Assembly: GCA_002633005.1 (NCBI GenBank)
Contig: NMRA01000440.1
Location: forward strand, 333,504-383,112
Source: Phoronis australis
Taxonomy: Eukaryota > Animalia > Phoronida
DNA: 49,609 nucleotides
Direction of reading: 5' to 3'
In this document: piece by piece, positions 48,279 through 49,609 of the stretch
How the letters are laid out: the number at the start of each line of letters is the position of its first letter
How positions within the stretch are numbered: position 1 is the stretch's first letter
Notes under the pieces: generated by a model
Database searches by the model: none
Seen by the model: only the letters and a program-made list of their open reading frames with translations
What the model was told of the DNA's origin: nothing
Made by a program: the position numbers and the translations under genes

Positions 48279-49609
48279 CTGAAAAGACAAAATTTTGGGT
48301 AGTTACAGAGACAGACAACATGACAGGGCAAAACATAACAATGAAGGAACATAGGTAGACTTAGGGAAGCCAGGGGGCCCCGGCAGTCCACTTCAAACAT
48401 AGAAAGTAAGGGAAGCCAGGGGGCCCAGCAGTCCACTTCAAAACCAAAACAAAACATCACATGCATAGCAGTTTTAGGGATGTCCCTTACAAACATGTTT
48501 GCGTCCACCTTCTCGCAACAACCAAGATTCCCCTGGTGAGCAATCACTTATCTTGCAAATAACAGGGAGAAGCAGTCAGACAAAACACTGCAACAGGTGC
48601 CGTAAAGCATGAACATGACAGTTATAATGTGTCCAGACTACCCTAACCTTCAAAGCACATTGGTTTCTTATCCTTTGTCATAATTGAAATTCGTTGCACT
48701 CAATCACGTGGAATTCACCTGACGACCCCCTACAGTAGTGACAAATGAAACCAATGGTGAAAAGCAACTCGACAGACCTGGCATGAATCAGTAATCATGC
48801 ATGAAGCAGTAATTATGCGTCAAATTTTTCTCAAGCCTAGATATCATTTGCAATCTGAATAACAAACAAGCTGACATTGAGAAAGTGTCGTGGATCAAAA
48901 GCTGTTCTTTGACGGAAAGCGCAAGTTGCCCCTTTAAAGAAGGATGAAGTTGAAACTCTTGAGTCTTAAGTACTGGCAACTGCCATTTGGCCACAAAGGT
49001 CAAGTTCTTGCAGGAACAAGCCATGATCAATTCAAACATTTTATTGCTAAATGCAGATGTAGACTAATTAGTTCATTAAGCATACTCTATCTCCATTTCC
49101 CTCTCAAAAAACTACCACAGACTACAACCAAACACACATTTTTAGCTTCACAGTTAAATGTCACCAATTAAGGGCACAATATAGAAAACTCAAATTCTTT
49201 TTTCATTTACGATTCTTAACACCAACAAAGGCATGATCATTAATGATTCGTAACACCAAATAAGTCCTATTTTATTTACCATCCTTGCATCAATGTTTTT
49301 GAAAACTTGTTAGAAGCCTCTTAAAAATGATTCACATCAATTTTGAGCAATTACTTTTGTCTGCAATTAAAGACTATATTGCATTATTTTAAAAAGCAAC
49401 TATTTAATCACGGTAGAATCACAGTCTGAGGATGGCAATCAACTTAAAAAAAGCTGTAGCATTACTGGTGAGAAATTTGCATTGGTATTACTGGTGTGAA
49501 AGTTACCTTCTTTTGGTAATGTTGGTGTGATAGTTACTTTTAGTATTACTGGTGTGAAAGCAGCCTTGGTATTACTGGTGTGAAAGATGCCTTGGTATCA
49601 CTGGTGTGA

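Overview
Intron-rich, repeat-dense metazoan genomic DNA, probably a polymorphic invertebrate (species not determinable), with assembly gaps at 6753-7006, 39087 and 47541. The main signal is a minus-strand array of 12 paralogous coding exons (V1-V12 in window order, 3251-48278). Each is bounded by AG...GT, ten are 250 nt and two are 247 nt, and all are phase 2 to phase 0 and stop-free. Each encodes an 82-83 aa two-TM segment 'xE...R[ILM][QE]' that aligns to the TM5-TM6 exon of TMD1 in ABCC4/MRP4 (the exon shared with CFTR). No other ABC-transporter exon was recognised between the copies or elsewhere in the window. The best reading is a large cluster of mutually exclusive alternative exons that swaps the substrate-pocket helices of one ABCC4-like exporter; the cluster probably runs past both window ends. 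The introns hold a Penelope-like element with a hammerhead-like motif, an L2/CR1 remnant, Helentron-type (HINE-like) elements, Tc1/mariner, Harbinger and hAT-like MITEs, tRNA-derived SINEs and many minisatellites, including a 29-bp satellite with higher-order structure. Human ABCC4/CFTR comparisons are from recalled sequences and were not computed.
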